Source of the DNA: Scenedesmus sp. PABB004
Taxonomy: Eukaryota
Length of the DNA stretch: 64,000 bases
Assembly (NCBI GenBank): GCA_014905635.1
Contig: JABVCE010000019.1
Location: forward strand, 558,001 to 622,000
Direction of reading: 5' to 3'
Positions within the stretch are counted from its first letter, which is position 1, and every line of letters begins with the position of its first letter. Shown in pieces: positions 51,762 through 63,043 of this stretch. The translations under genes were made by a program, and so were the position numbers. Below the pieces are notes generated by a model, which was given only the letters and a program-made list of their open reading frames with translations, did not search any database and had not been told where the DNA came from.

Positions 51762-53338
51762 TCACGCGGTGGCCTCGGCGCCCTGCACCTGCGCGACGAG
51801 CGCGTCGACCGCGTCGCTGCTGTCGTCGATGAGCTGGCGCGTGCCCTCCACGGCGAGGAAGATGGCGGCGTTGACGGGGATCGCGCGCCAGAGCGCCGCG
51901 GTGACGCCGCGCCACATGCCGGCGGCGCCCTCGACCTTGAGCGACTGGCGGATGCAGTCCATGGTGCCCTTGAACTGGGGCTTGGACAGCGAGTCGGCCT
52001 GGATCTTGGACTTGATGGTGTCGATGGGGAACATGGAGCCCCACAGACCAAAGCCCGCCATCACGCCCGCCAGCATGACCTGCAGAGAGCGGTGCGCGGG
52101 CGCGGGGAGGCGTCAGGGGGCCGGCGCGTGCGCCGGCAGCAGGGCGAGGCGGCGCTGCCCCGTACGCGTGCGCGCGCGCGCGCGCGCGCGCTCAGCAGCT
52201 GCGCGCACCTGGCTGTAATGGAGGTCGGCCTTGGTCTTGCCCGGGCCCGCCAGGTAGTGGACGGTGGCCTCATAGCCGAAGAAGAACTGGGAGGCAGGGG
52301 TGCGGCAGCGGGCAGGGTCAGCAGGAGGCGCAGGGGGGCGAGCGGCGGGCGGCGCGGCGCGGCGCGGCGGCGCGTGCCGTGGCGCTGGCAGCGACAGCGC
52401 GCGGCGCGCACCCAGGCGTAGCCCTGCATGTCGCGGGCGAGCGTGCTGAGGTAGCCTGAGTACATGCCACGCAGGCCGTGGTTGCGGAAGATCTTCTTGG
52501 CGCAGTCCCAGTTGCCCTTGTAGTTCTCCTCGGGGTTGAGCCCGCCCGCGGCGGCGCCCTTCATCTGCGCGAGGATGTTGTTCTTGCGCACCATCTGCAT
52601 CTTGGTGCGGATGAGCTCGGTGGGGCTGGACACCACGGAGCCCGCCGCGCCGGCGGCGGCGCCCGAGGCGAGGATCTTCCAGGGCGTGAAGGTGCCCGGC
52701 GCGTCGCCGGCCTCCAGGTAGTCGCGGGTCTTGTGGAAGGTGGGGAAGTGGATGCCCAGCAGCAGCATGTTGCCCAGGAGCGGCGCGACGGTGCCCTTGT
52801 AGAGGGACAGCGGGCCCTCGGCCTTGAACTGCGGGGGGCAGCGGCCGGCGCGGGCTCAGCGCGCGCACGCGGGGGCGAGGGCGGCGCCGCCTGCGCGCGC
52901 GCGCGCGCGCGCGAGCGAGCGAGCTCCGGCGCCCCGGCAGCGCGCGCGGCGCGCGGGCTCACCATCTTGCGCACGCAGTCCATGCCGCCGTTGTAGACCA
53001 TCTCCGGGGGCATGCCGGCGGCACCGATGGTGCCCTTGCCCAGCACCTGGAGGCGCGTCTTGATGGTGTCAAAGGGCTGGCCCACCATGATGCGCGCCAC
53101 GCCGCCGGACACGCCCGGCAGGATGTCCAGGATCTTCTTGTGCACCGGAGGGGTGTGCTCCACCTCCATCAGGGTCTGCGCCGGCCGGCGGGGCGCGTGG
53201 TGAGCGCCCGGCGCGGCGCGCAGTCGGCGCGGCGCGGCGCGCGCGGCGGCGGCGGCGCGCAGGCGGGCCGCGCCGGCGGTCGCGCGCGCTCGCGCGGTGG
53301 CCACGCACCTCGTTCTGCATCTGGCCGAGGGCAGGCAT
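51762..53338 (-). CDS. CCP1/2: Low-CO2-inducible mitochondrial-carrier-family protein (CCP1/CCP2, LIP-36-like), left copy, 5 exons
   Basis: LMEVEHTPPVHKKILDILPGVSGGVAR; three carrier signatures PFDTIK, PTELIR, PIDTIK; RDMQGYAW|FFFGYEATV; RAIPVNAAIFLAVEGTRQ, all closely resembling Chlamydomonas CCP1/2. Confidence 0.9.
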
Positions 53339-54663
53339 GGTGGCTGCTTGGTGTGGGAGCGGCGGGGGATGGGAGGCCTGCGCGCAGCAAGGGGTTGCAG
53401 AGCCGTCAGAGGGACGAGCTGCTGGGGTGCTCCTGGGGCTCAGAACGCTGGTGCGAGCGTGACTGGAGCTGCCGCGAGTGTTGGCGCTGCCCGGGCGCGC
53501 GCCGGCGGGCAAGGCCAACCACGATGGGCCGGCGCCCGGCCGCACGCGCAGGGGCCGCGCCGGGCTCTGCGCCGGCGCCAGCTGCATGAAATCGGCGCTG
53601 CGTCGCGCTGGCCGGCGCCGCTAGCTGCAACACTCACCGGCTGGAGCGCGGCCGATGTAGGAGAGCGAACGCAGGTGGGGCCTGGCTCAGGGAGCGCAGA
53701 CGATGAACTGCGGCAGCAGGTATGGAGCGGCGAGGGCGGGGATGCGAACTGGGGGGCGAGCGAGCGCTCTAATAAGCCGGAGGCGACGCCGCAGGCATGT
53801 GTTAGCCTCCGTTGTAGACCTCGCCAGCCCGCCGGTGCGCCGCGCCCCCGGTCTGGCGCTGCGCGACGGGGCTAGCCTCACCACGCGCTACGTCTCGGGG
53901 GCGTCGGCCGACCGATAGCGGGCGCGGGCGCGCGGGGTGCCCGTGACCTACTCGCCGTCGCAACCGCCGCGCGCGGTCAGGGCTGGGCGTGCGCTTCAAT
54001 TGCCCCAAGGAGCGATCGGACACTGTCTGCGGGCTGCGGCGGGCTGCAGCCCACGGGCGAGCGAGCGGGTCAGCAGCCTGGCGCCGCGCTGGATCGGCAG
54101 GCACGCCCGGGCTCCAGGCGCGCCCGGAGCGTGCGCAGCGGTCAGATGAAGCACAAAAAGCGCACCCCAAGGCGCGCTGCTGCGCTCCGCTGCTGCCGGC
54201 AGCGCCGCGCGCGGTGCGCGGCCACGCGCGCGGCGGCGGCTGCCGCGCGCGGCGGAGGGTGAGCGCTCTGGTGCGTGCCGTTGCGCGCTCCCTGCCACTC
54301 CCTGGCACCAGGAGCGAGCTGCTGCAGCGTGCGCCAGGCCTTGCGCTGGCCGCGAGCAGCTGGGGCGCGCCGCGCGCGGCGAGGGCCCGCATGGTGTGCG
54401 CGCGCGCGCCCGGCGCGCCCGGCGGCCGCGCACGCGGGCGGCAGCTTCGCTGGAGTGGGCTGCTGGTGGGTGACCGGCCGGTGGGTATCGAGCCCCTGGC
54501 CCTGTGCGCCTTTGGGCAGTGGTCCAGCGCGGCGCCGCGCTGCGCCGCGCGCCGTCCCAAGGCGGCCACCCACGCGCAGCGCAGCACGGCCACCTCCGCG
54601 GCCTCGAGGCCGAGCTGGGCTTCGTGCTGCAGGCCACCGGAGAGCTGTGCGCGTCGCCGCTGC

Positions 54664-54852
54664 CTCCCGGGCGCCCAATCCGGTGCATGATCGCGCCCCG
54701 CGCCGCCGCTCACCCACGCCCTCCGCATACATCGCCGCGCGCTTGGGCGCGTTCTGCTTGCGCCGGCCGCCGCCGGCGGCGACAACGCTCGACCCGGGCG
54801 CCGTGGCCGCGCCCGTGGTCTCGCTGCGCACGCTGTCGGTGTCGCTGCACTC
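54664..54852 (-). pseudogene. Captured fragment of GATA C exon 1 (without ATG) plus the start of intron 1
   Basis: Near-identical to 45862-46051; reads [45 protein letters not shown]. Confidence 0.92.
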
Positions 54853-56221
54853 GGCGGCGCGGGGCGCGATCATGCACCGGATTGGGCGCCCGGGAGGCAG
54901 CGGCGACGCGCACAGCTCTCCGGTGGCCTGCAGCACGAAGCCCAGCTCGGCCTCGAGGCCGCGGAGGTGGCCGTGCTGCGCTGCGCGTGGGTGGCCGCCT
55001 TGGGACGGCGCGCGGCGCAGCGCGGCGCCGCGCTGGACCACTGCCCAAAGGCGCACAGGGCCAGGGGCTCGATACCCACCGGCCGGTCACCCACCAGCAG
55101 CCCACTCCAGCGAAGCTGCCGCCCGCGTGCGCGGCCGCCGGGCGCACCGGGCGCGCGCGCGCACACCATGCGGGCCCTCGCCGCGCGCGGCGCGCCCCAG
55201 CTGCTCGCGGCCAGCGCAAGGCCTGGCGCACGCTGCAGCAGCTCGCTCCTGGTGCCAGGGAGTGGCAGGGAGCGCGCAACGGCACGCACCAGAGCGCTCA
55301 CCCTCCGCCGCGCGCGGCAGCCGCCGCCGCGCGCGTGGCCGCGCACCGCGCGCGGCGCTGCCGGCAGCAGCGGAGCGCAGCAGCGCGCCTTGGGGTGCGC
55401 TTTTTGTGCTTCATCTGACCGCTGCGCACGCTCCGGGCGCGCCTGGAGCCCGGGCGTGCCTGCCGATCCAGCGCGGCGCCAGGCTGCTGACCCGCTCGCT
55501 CGCCCGTGGGCTGCAGCCCGCCGCAGCCCGCAGACAGTGTCCGATCGCTCCTTGGGGCAATTGAAGCGCACGCCCAGCCCTGACCGCGCGCGGCGGTTGC
55601 GACGGCGAGTAGGTCACGGGCACCCCGCGCGCCCGCGCCCGCTATCGGTCGGCCGACGCCCCCGAGACGTAGCGCGTGGTGAGGCTAGCCCCGTCGCGCA
55701 GCGCCAGACCGGGGGCGCGGCGCACCGGCGGGCTGGCGAGGTCTACAACGGAGGCTAACACATGCCTGCGGCGTCGCCTCCGGCTTATTAGAGCGCTCGC
55801 TCGCCCCCCAGTTCGCATCCCCGCCCTCGCTGCTCCATACCTGCTGCCGCAGTTCATCGTCTGCGCTCCCTGAGCCAGGCCCCACCTGCGTTCGCTCTCC
55901 TACATCGGCCGCGCTCCAGCCGGTGAGTGTTGCAGCTAGCGGCGCCGGCCAGCGCGACGCAGCGCCGATTTCATGCAGCTGGCGCCGGCGCAGAGCCCGG
56001 CGCGGCCCCTGCGCGTGCGGCCGGGCGCCGGCCCATCGTGGTTGGCCTTGCCCGCCGGCGCGCGCCCGGGCAGCGCCAACACTCGCGGCAGCTCCAGTCA
56101 CGCTCGCACCAGCGTTCTGAGCCCCAGGAGCACCCCAGCAGCTCGTCCCTCTGACGGCTCTGCAACCCCTTGCTGCGCGCAGGCCTCCCATCCCCCGCCG
56201 CTCCCACACCAAGCAGCCACC

Positions 56222-57795
56222 ATGCCTGCCCTCGGCCAGATGCAGAACGAGGTGCGTGGCCACCGCGCGAGCGCGCGCGACCGCCGGCGCGGCCCGCCTG
56301 CGCGCCGCCGCCGCCGCGCGCGCCGCGCCGCGCCGACTGCGCGCCGCGCCGGGCGCTCACCACGCGCCCCGCCGGCCGGCGCAGACCCTGATGGAGGTGG
56401 AGCACACCCCTCCGGTGCACAAGAAGATCCTGGACATCCTGCCGGGCGTGTCCGGCGGCGTGGCGCGCATCATGGTGGGCCAGCCCTTTGACACCATCAA
56501 GACGCGCCTCCAGGTGCTGGGCAAGGGCACCATCGGTGCCGCCGGCATGCCCCCGGAGATGGTCTACAACGGCGGCATGGACTGCGTGCGCAAGATGGTG
56601 AGCCCGCGCGCCGCGCGCGCTGCCGGGGCGCCGGAGCTCGCTCGCTCGCGCGCGCGCGCGCGCGCGCAGGCGGCGCCGCCCTCGCCCCCGCGTGCGCGCG
56701 CTGAGCCCGCGCCGGCCGCTGCCCCCCGCAGTTCAAGGCCGAGGGCCCGCTGTCCCTCTACAAGGGCACCGTCGCGCCGCTCCTGGGCAACATGCTGCTG
56801 CTGGGCATCCACTTCCCCACCTTCCACAAGACCCGCGACTACCTGGAGGCCGGCGACGCGCCGGGCACCTTCACGCCCTGGAAGATCCTCGCCTCGGGCG
56901 CCGCCGCCGGCGCGGCGGGCTCCGTGGTGTCCAGCCCCACCGAGCTCATCCGCACCAAGATGCAGATGGTGCGCAAGAACAACATCCTCGCGCAGATGAA
57001 GGGCGCCGCCGCGGGCGGGCTCAACCCCGAGGAGAACTACAAGGGCAACTGGGACTGCGCCAAGAAGATCTTCCGCAACCACGGCCTGCGTGGCATGTAC
57101 TCAGGCTACCTCAGCACGCTCGCCCGCGACATGCAGGGCTACGCCTGGGTGCGCGCCGCGCGCTGTCGCTGCCAGCGCCACGGCACGCGCCGCCGCGCCG
57201 CGCCGCGCCGCCCGCCGCTCGCCCCCTGCGCCTCCTGCTGACCCTGCCCGCTGCCGCACCCCTGCCTCCCAGTTCTTCTTCGGCTATGAGGCCACCGTCC
57301 ACTACCTGGCGGGCCCGGGCAAGACCAAGGCCGACCTCCATTACAGCCAGGTGCGCGCAGCTGCTGAGCGCGCGCGCGCGCGCGCGCACGCGTACGGGGC
57401 AGCGCCGCCTCGCCCTGCTGCCGGCGCACGCGCCGGCCCCCTGACGCCTCCCCGCGCCCGCGCACCGCTCTCTGCAGGTCATGCTGGCGGGCGTGATGGC
57501 GGGCTTTGGTCTGTGGGGCTCCATGTTCCCCATCGACACCATCAAGTCCAAGATCCAGGCCGACTCGCTGTCCAAGCCCCAGTTCAAGGGCACCATGGAC
57601 TGCATCCGCCAGTCGCTCAAGGTCGAGGGCGCCGCCGGCATGTGGCGCGGCGTCACCGCGGCGCTCTGGCGCGCGATCCCCGTCAACGCCGCCATCTTCC
57701 TCGCCGTGGAGGGCACGCGCCAGCTCATCGACGACAGCAGCGACGCGGTCGACGCGCTCGTCGCGCAGGTGCAGGGCGCCGAGGCCACCGCGTGA
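56222..57795 (+). CDS. CCP1/2: CCP1/CCP2-like carrier, right copy (coding sequence apparently identical to the left copy)
   Basis: Mirror image of 51762-53338; ATG 56222, TGA 57793-57795. Confidence 0.9.
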
Positions 57796-58284
57796 GCGGC
57801 CGCCCCCGAATGAGTGTGCCGCATGTCCCTTTGAGAGCGCATCGTGTGCGGCGGGCGCGCGGACGGCCGGCCGCGGCGCGCGCCGCCCGTGCTGCTCGAT
57901 TTTGAGGGCGGGCGCCCGCAGCGCGCGTGCGTCCGGCTCTGGCGGCGGCAGGTGTGCGCGGGGCTGTCAGGCCCCCGCTGATGAGAGCGCATGTGGCGTC
58001 TGGGCGCGCCGGCGCGCGCCGCCACCCGTGTGTGCGGCACTCATAACTCCCCCGGCAGCCCGCCGCAGCTGCGTCGGCGTGTACAGCAGAGGACGGGGGC
58101 TGCGGAACTTTGCGTTTGGTCGGTCGGCGGGCCGCCGCAGCGGCGGCGGCGCCCCGAGGGTGGGGACTGAACTCTGTCGAGGTATGTAGCGAGAGGGTCG
58201 GAGAGTGAGAGCTTGACAACCTGTTCCGGGTCCCAGCGGCACCCTGTGCGTAACGCCGCGTCGTGACGCCCCCCAACGCCCCGC

Positions 58285-58652
58285 TCAGCCCGCCGGCGCG
58301 TCCGCCGCAGCTGCGACGCCGCCCCCGCTGCCCTGCGCCTCAGTGCCGCCGCCCTGCGCCTCAGTGCCGCCGCTCCGCTCCTCGGCGCCGTCCCGCGCCT
58401 CTGCGCCGCCCTGCGCCTCGGCGCCGCCGTCGTCGCCAGGCAGGCTGGCTGCATCCGCGGCGGCGAGCGCGGCCGCCTCCCCGCCGCTGGCTGCTGTCGG
58501 GTCGCCTGCGGGCAGGCAGCCCGCCGCGGGCTCGCGCGAGCACGGCTCCCACTCAGCGGCGGCGTCCGCGATCGGCGACTGGGAGTCCTGCTGCTGCGCC
58601 GGCGCAGACGCTGCGTCTGCCGCCGCCCCGAGCTCGGGCTCGCCGTCCGGCA

Positions 58653-58684
<32 letters not shown>

Positions 58685-59601
58685 GCCGCGCCGTCCAGCG
58701 GCTGCTGCGCCGCCGCGCCGTCCAGCGGCTGCTGCGCGGCCGCGGCGTCCGGCAGCTGCTGCGCGGCCGCGCCGTCCGGCGGCTGCTGCGCGGCCGCGGC
58801 GTCCGGCAGCTGCTGCGCGGCCGCGCCGTCCGGCGGCTGCTGCTGCGCGTCCGCGCCGTCCGGCACGCCGTCGCCCATCGCTGCGAGCGCCGCCGCCGCC
58901 GCCTGCTCCGCCGCAGCCCTGGCCTCGTCGTCGTCGGTGCCGCCGCCGCGCTGCGCCCGGCCCGCGCGCCGCGGGCCCCTGCCGCCGCGCGGCGCGGGGC
59001 CGCCGTCGCCGCGCGGCGGCAGCACAAACACCTCGTCCCGCCCGCTGAAGCGCACGCGCTTGGCGCCGCCCGCGCGCGCCGGCGAGCGCGCGCGCTTCGC
59101 GGGCGCGCCCGCCGCGACCGGCACCCAGCCGCCGGGCCCGCCCGCGCCGCGGCCGGGCGGCGGGGCGCGCGCCAGCAGGCGCCAGTCGGTCGGCGCGCCG
59201 CCGCCCGGCGGCGGCGACGGGGGCGCCGGCGAAGGCGTGCGGTCGGGCGAGCCGCACTCCCAGTCGCCGCCCGGCTCCCAGCCGCTCGGCAGCCGCCCGC
59301 CCCACGCGCCCCGGCCGAGGCCCGGCGGCGCCGCCAGGCCGCGCAGGCGCTTGCCGCCGCCGCCGCGGGGCGCGGCGGGCGCCGCCAGCTGCAGCGGCGG
59401 CAGCAGCGGCAGCACCGCCACGAGCGCCGGCGGCGCCGGCGCCGGCGCCTCGCGCTCCGCTTGGCCGTCCGTCGCCAGGGCGCCGGCGTCGGCCTCGCCG
59501 CCCGCGGTGGGGCTCGCGCGGCCGCCGCCAGCGCGCGCAGCGGCGCGCTCGGCCGCCGCGCCGCAGTCGTCGCCGCCGCGCCACGCCTGCTCGGCGTCCA
59601 T
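58285..59601 (-). CDS. Intronless low-complexity 438 aa protein with an RVxF motif and QQP(P/L)DGAAA repeats
   Basis: ATG 59601 in good context; open frame to TGA 58285-58287; KRVRFSGRDEVFVLP; in-frame 27 nt repeats. Confidence 0.55.
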
Positions 59602-60017
59602 GCCGTGGCACCGGCGCTGACCCCGGAAGGCGGGCCCGGGCGCGCCTCGCTGCGCGAGCGGGCGACGGGTCGCCCGCGACCGGCAGCAGGCCGGGGCGTC
59701 TCTGCGCCGCGGTGCGGGGCGCGGGTGTGAGCGACGAGTGCGCGCCTGGCCGGCGTGGCGACCCAGCCGGCGCGCCGCTGCGCCCAGCGCGCCTTGCGAC
59801 CCGCGGCACAATCGTTCAACCCTTGCGCCGCGCTCGAGCGCCGCGGCGCGCCATCGCGACGCCCACCGATGGGAGCGCGCTCCCACGCACACCTCCGCAG
59901 CGGCTGTGGCCGCCTAGCCTCGCCCGAGTGCTGCTGCTGCTGCCGCCGCTGCTCCCGCGTGCTGCTGCCGCGTGCTCGCCCACGAACCCGCGCCTCAGGC
60001 TCTCCCGCCACAGCAGC

Positions 60018-61626
60018 ATGGCCTGGGCGCTGGCCCAGCGCCCGCAGCAGGCGCCCCGGCCAGGCTGCGCCGGCAGCAGCAGGAGGGCCGGCGTCGCCGC
60101 GGCGCTGCGCCCGCTGCTGCTGCCGCCGCCGGGCCGCCGTTGCTCGCCGCCGCCGCCCGCCGCGGCGGCGCGCAACGAGCCGGGCGCGCGCGGTGGCCGG
60201 TGCAGCGGCGGCGGCGCCGCCGCGGCCGCGGGCGCCGCGGCGCTGCTGCAGGGCGTCGAGCTCGCGGCCGTCTCCCTCGCCGCCGCCTGCCAGGCGGCGG
60301 CGCTCGCCGGCGCCGCGGCTGTCCAGGCGCAGGCGGCGCTCGGCCAGCAGGCGCCAGAGGCGGCCGCCAGCGCGCGCGCCGCGCCCGCGCGGCGGCAGGC
60401 GGCGCAGGTGCACGCGTCGGTGGCGCCTCTGCCGCCGCCGGGGCCGTGGCCGGGCCTCGCGGCGGCCGTGGGCGGGGGGCAGGTGCAGGGCGCGGCGCTG
60501 CTGGTGGCGCTGATGTGCGGCGTGGCGCTGCGCTACCTGCAGCGCCCCGGGTGCGGCGCGCTGGGCGGCGCAGCGGCCGGGCGGCGGCCGCTGCGGCAGC
60601 GGGGCGCGCCCCCGGCGCAGCAGGCGCCAGCTTGCGACCTGCGGGGGCCGCCTGCCGTGCCGCGCCCGCCGCGCCGCAGGCTGCTGGCGCCGGGCGGCAG
60701 CCCCTCGGCCGACGCAGCGGTGCGGCTGGTCGCGCTCGAGGCCGTCGCCGCGCAGCAGGCGGGCCAGGTCGCCACGCTGGCCCGCCACCTCGACAAGCTC
60801 CAGGCCCGGGTGGGGCGGCGCGACGGCACCCATGCACCCGCTCGCGCGCCGGCGCTTCGCGCGCCGGCAGCTCACGCGCCGGCTCACGCACCGGCTCGCG
60901 CGCCGCCGCCGCGGGCGCCGCAGGTGCGCGTGGCCACGGGTGACCTCAAGGCGCCGCTGCGCGCGGCGCAGGGCAGCGCCGCGCAGGCCGCGGAGGCGAT
61001 GGCCGCGCTCGCGGCGCAGCAGGCGGCGCAGCAGCGCCAGCTCGACGGCGCCACGGAGCTCATCGCCGCGCTGCAGGGCGTCGCGGCGAAGCAGTTCAAG
61101 GTGCGGCGCCGCCCGAGGGCCAACCTCGGCCCGCGCCCCGTGCGCCGTGCCGCGCGCGCAGCGCCCCCGCCATGGCGGCGCGGCGGCCACGAGCCTTGTG
61201 TGCGCGCGCCCACCAGGCCGCCGCGGCACGCGTGCCGCCCCGCGCCCCCGCGCCCGCCGCCCGTGCCGCGCGCAGGTGTCCGCCGACGCGCTGCAGCAGC
61301 TGCGGCAGGGCCAGGCGGCGCTCGGCGCAACCACCGGCGCGGCGCTGGCGCGGCTGCAGCAGCAGCAGGCGGACGCGCAGCGCGCGCTCGACGCTGCACA
61401 GCAGCGCATCGCGGCGCTGGACCTGCAGTGCCTGAGCCTGCAGCAGCAGCACCACTTTGGCGGCACCGGCGGGAGCACCGCCGGCGGCAGCGACGCCGGC
61501 AGCGACGGCAGCGCGGCGCCCGACCCGTGGCGGGCGGCGCCGGCGCGCGGCGGCAACGGCGCGGCTGCGGCGCTGGCCGCTGCCGGTGGCGGCAGCGGCG
61601 ACGACGGCCGCGGCGATGTCGCGTGA
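60018..61626 (+). CDS. Uncharacterised membrane-anchored coiled-coil protein, probably plastid-targeted, 3 exons
   Basis: Transit-peptide-like N-terminus; two hydrophobic segments; heptads LARHLDKLQAR|VRVATGDLKAPL..AAKQFK|VSADAL; TGTAA at 61664. Confidence 0.6.
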
Positions 61627-61743
61627 GCGGCGCGGTCTTGAGTTACACCGCCTCTCGACCGAGTGTAAGCGAGTTACGCCGCAACTGCAACACCCCGGGC
61701 CGCCCCCCGCGGGGGCCTCAAACTGGACGACGGCCGAGCTCTC

Positions 61744-62474
61744 TCAGGCGGCGGCGCACGAGGCGCGCTGCACGTCCACCGCGTCGCCGGGCCACCAGGT
61801 GTCGGTCGCGCGCTTGATCTCGCTCTCCGCCGGCGATGAGCGCAGCCCGAGCAGCCGGCCGCGCGTGTTGGCCTGGGGGGGCGCGGGGCGCGCGCGGCGC
61901 GCGCTGGGCGCCGCGGTGCCGACGCTCCGCATGCGCGGCGCGCGCGCGCGCCTGGCAGTTGGCGAGCACGGTCTGCCCGTTGGTGGTGGGCCCCACAGCG
62001 CGGTAGGTGACGACGGCCTGGCTGGTGAGGAGGCCGCTCTGGTCAATGCCGCCGACCAGCGCCACCTGGCCCGGCGGGACGAGGAAAACGTAGCGGGCAA
62101 GGGCGTTGATCACCCGCGCGTTGACCTGGGCGTTCACGACAGACCTGCGCGCGCGGCGGGCAGCGGCGGCGGTGCCGCGCTCCGCGCGCGGCGGGCGGCG
62201 GCGGCGGTGCCGCGCTCCGCGCGCGGCGGCAGCGGCGGCGGTGCCTCGCACTGCGCGCGCTGCGCGCCGCGCAGCAGCAGCGGCGCGCAGCAGCAGCGGC
62301 GGTGTCGGCGCGCGCGGCCAGCTCGCGGCCGCACCGCTTGGAGTTGTCAAACTGGATCGTCAGCGTGGCAGCGTTGCCGGCAGCGGCGCGCGGCGCCGTG
62401 GCGGCCGGCTGCGCGCGCGCAGCGGCGAGCGCCGCGAGCGCTGCGATGGCGAGGAACACGTTGCGGGCGGCCAT
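61744..62474 (-). CDS. Small secreted protein of unknown function, 3 exons
   Basis: Signal peptide MAARNVFLAIAALAALAAARA; in-frame splicing DNSKR|SVVNAQ..LANCQ|ANTRG..SCAAA*; TGTAA on the minus strand at 61643-61647. Confidence 0.65.
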
Positions 62475-63043
62475 GGCGGCGGGGCTGGGCGGGCGGGCTG
62501 GGGGGAGCGAGCGGAGGGTGTGGCGAGCGGCGCGGCGGGCGCCGGGTGTCGATGTGCGCGCGGGCGGCTTTGCAGCGTGACGGCGCCCGCCCCGGCGCGC
62601 CGCGCGGCGAGCAACACTCCCGCCCTCCCGGCGGCGTGCGCGGTGCAGGCGCTTCCGGCAGCCTTCGGCGCGAAGCCGAGGCCGCGGCGGCGGCCGTGCG
62701 GGGCGTGTGCGCCGGGCGGCCGCTCCTCGGCGGCGGGGCGCGCTGTGCTGCGGCGCTGCGGGCCTCCGGCCCGCTGGTCAGGCCAGGCAGGACGGAGATC
62801 ACAGCAGCCCGCCGCCGTTTGCCGCCGCCGCTCTGCGCACCGCGAGACCTGAACCGCTCGCTGCTGCTCGTCGAATGCTCGGCGCCCGCCCGCGACACGT
62901 CCTTTTTCACGGACCTCCTGAGTGCAGCGACCGCAGGTGAGGGCCGCGCTGGGCAGGCGCGGCGCGGCGCCGGGGGCTCGCCGCCCGCCGGCCCATCAGC
63001 ACGAGCGCCGGGGCGCGCCGCCGCAGGCGGCAGCGTCGGCACC

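Larger units (their letters stand above)
51712..57845. repeat. Large palindrome: ~3.0 kb arms (51712-54708 and 54852-57845), 143 bp spacer
   Basis: Mirror coordinates sum to 109560 (ATGs 53338+56222; ORF ends 53802+55758); only a few SNPs and indels between arms. Confidence 0.97.

Noticed and set aside
55700..56221. EEC low-CO2 enhancer motif (GANTTNC) upstream of CCP
   Set aside because: No exact match found by eye; only near-misses such as GATTTCA
51712..57845. Palindrome as a foldback or TIR transposon
   Set aside because: No transposase, target-site duplication or sharp termini; the arms hold host genes and fade into diverged homology
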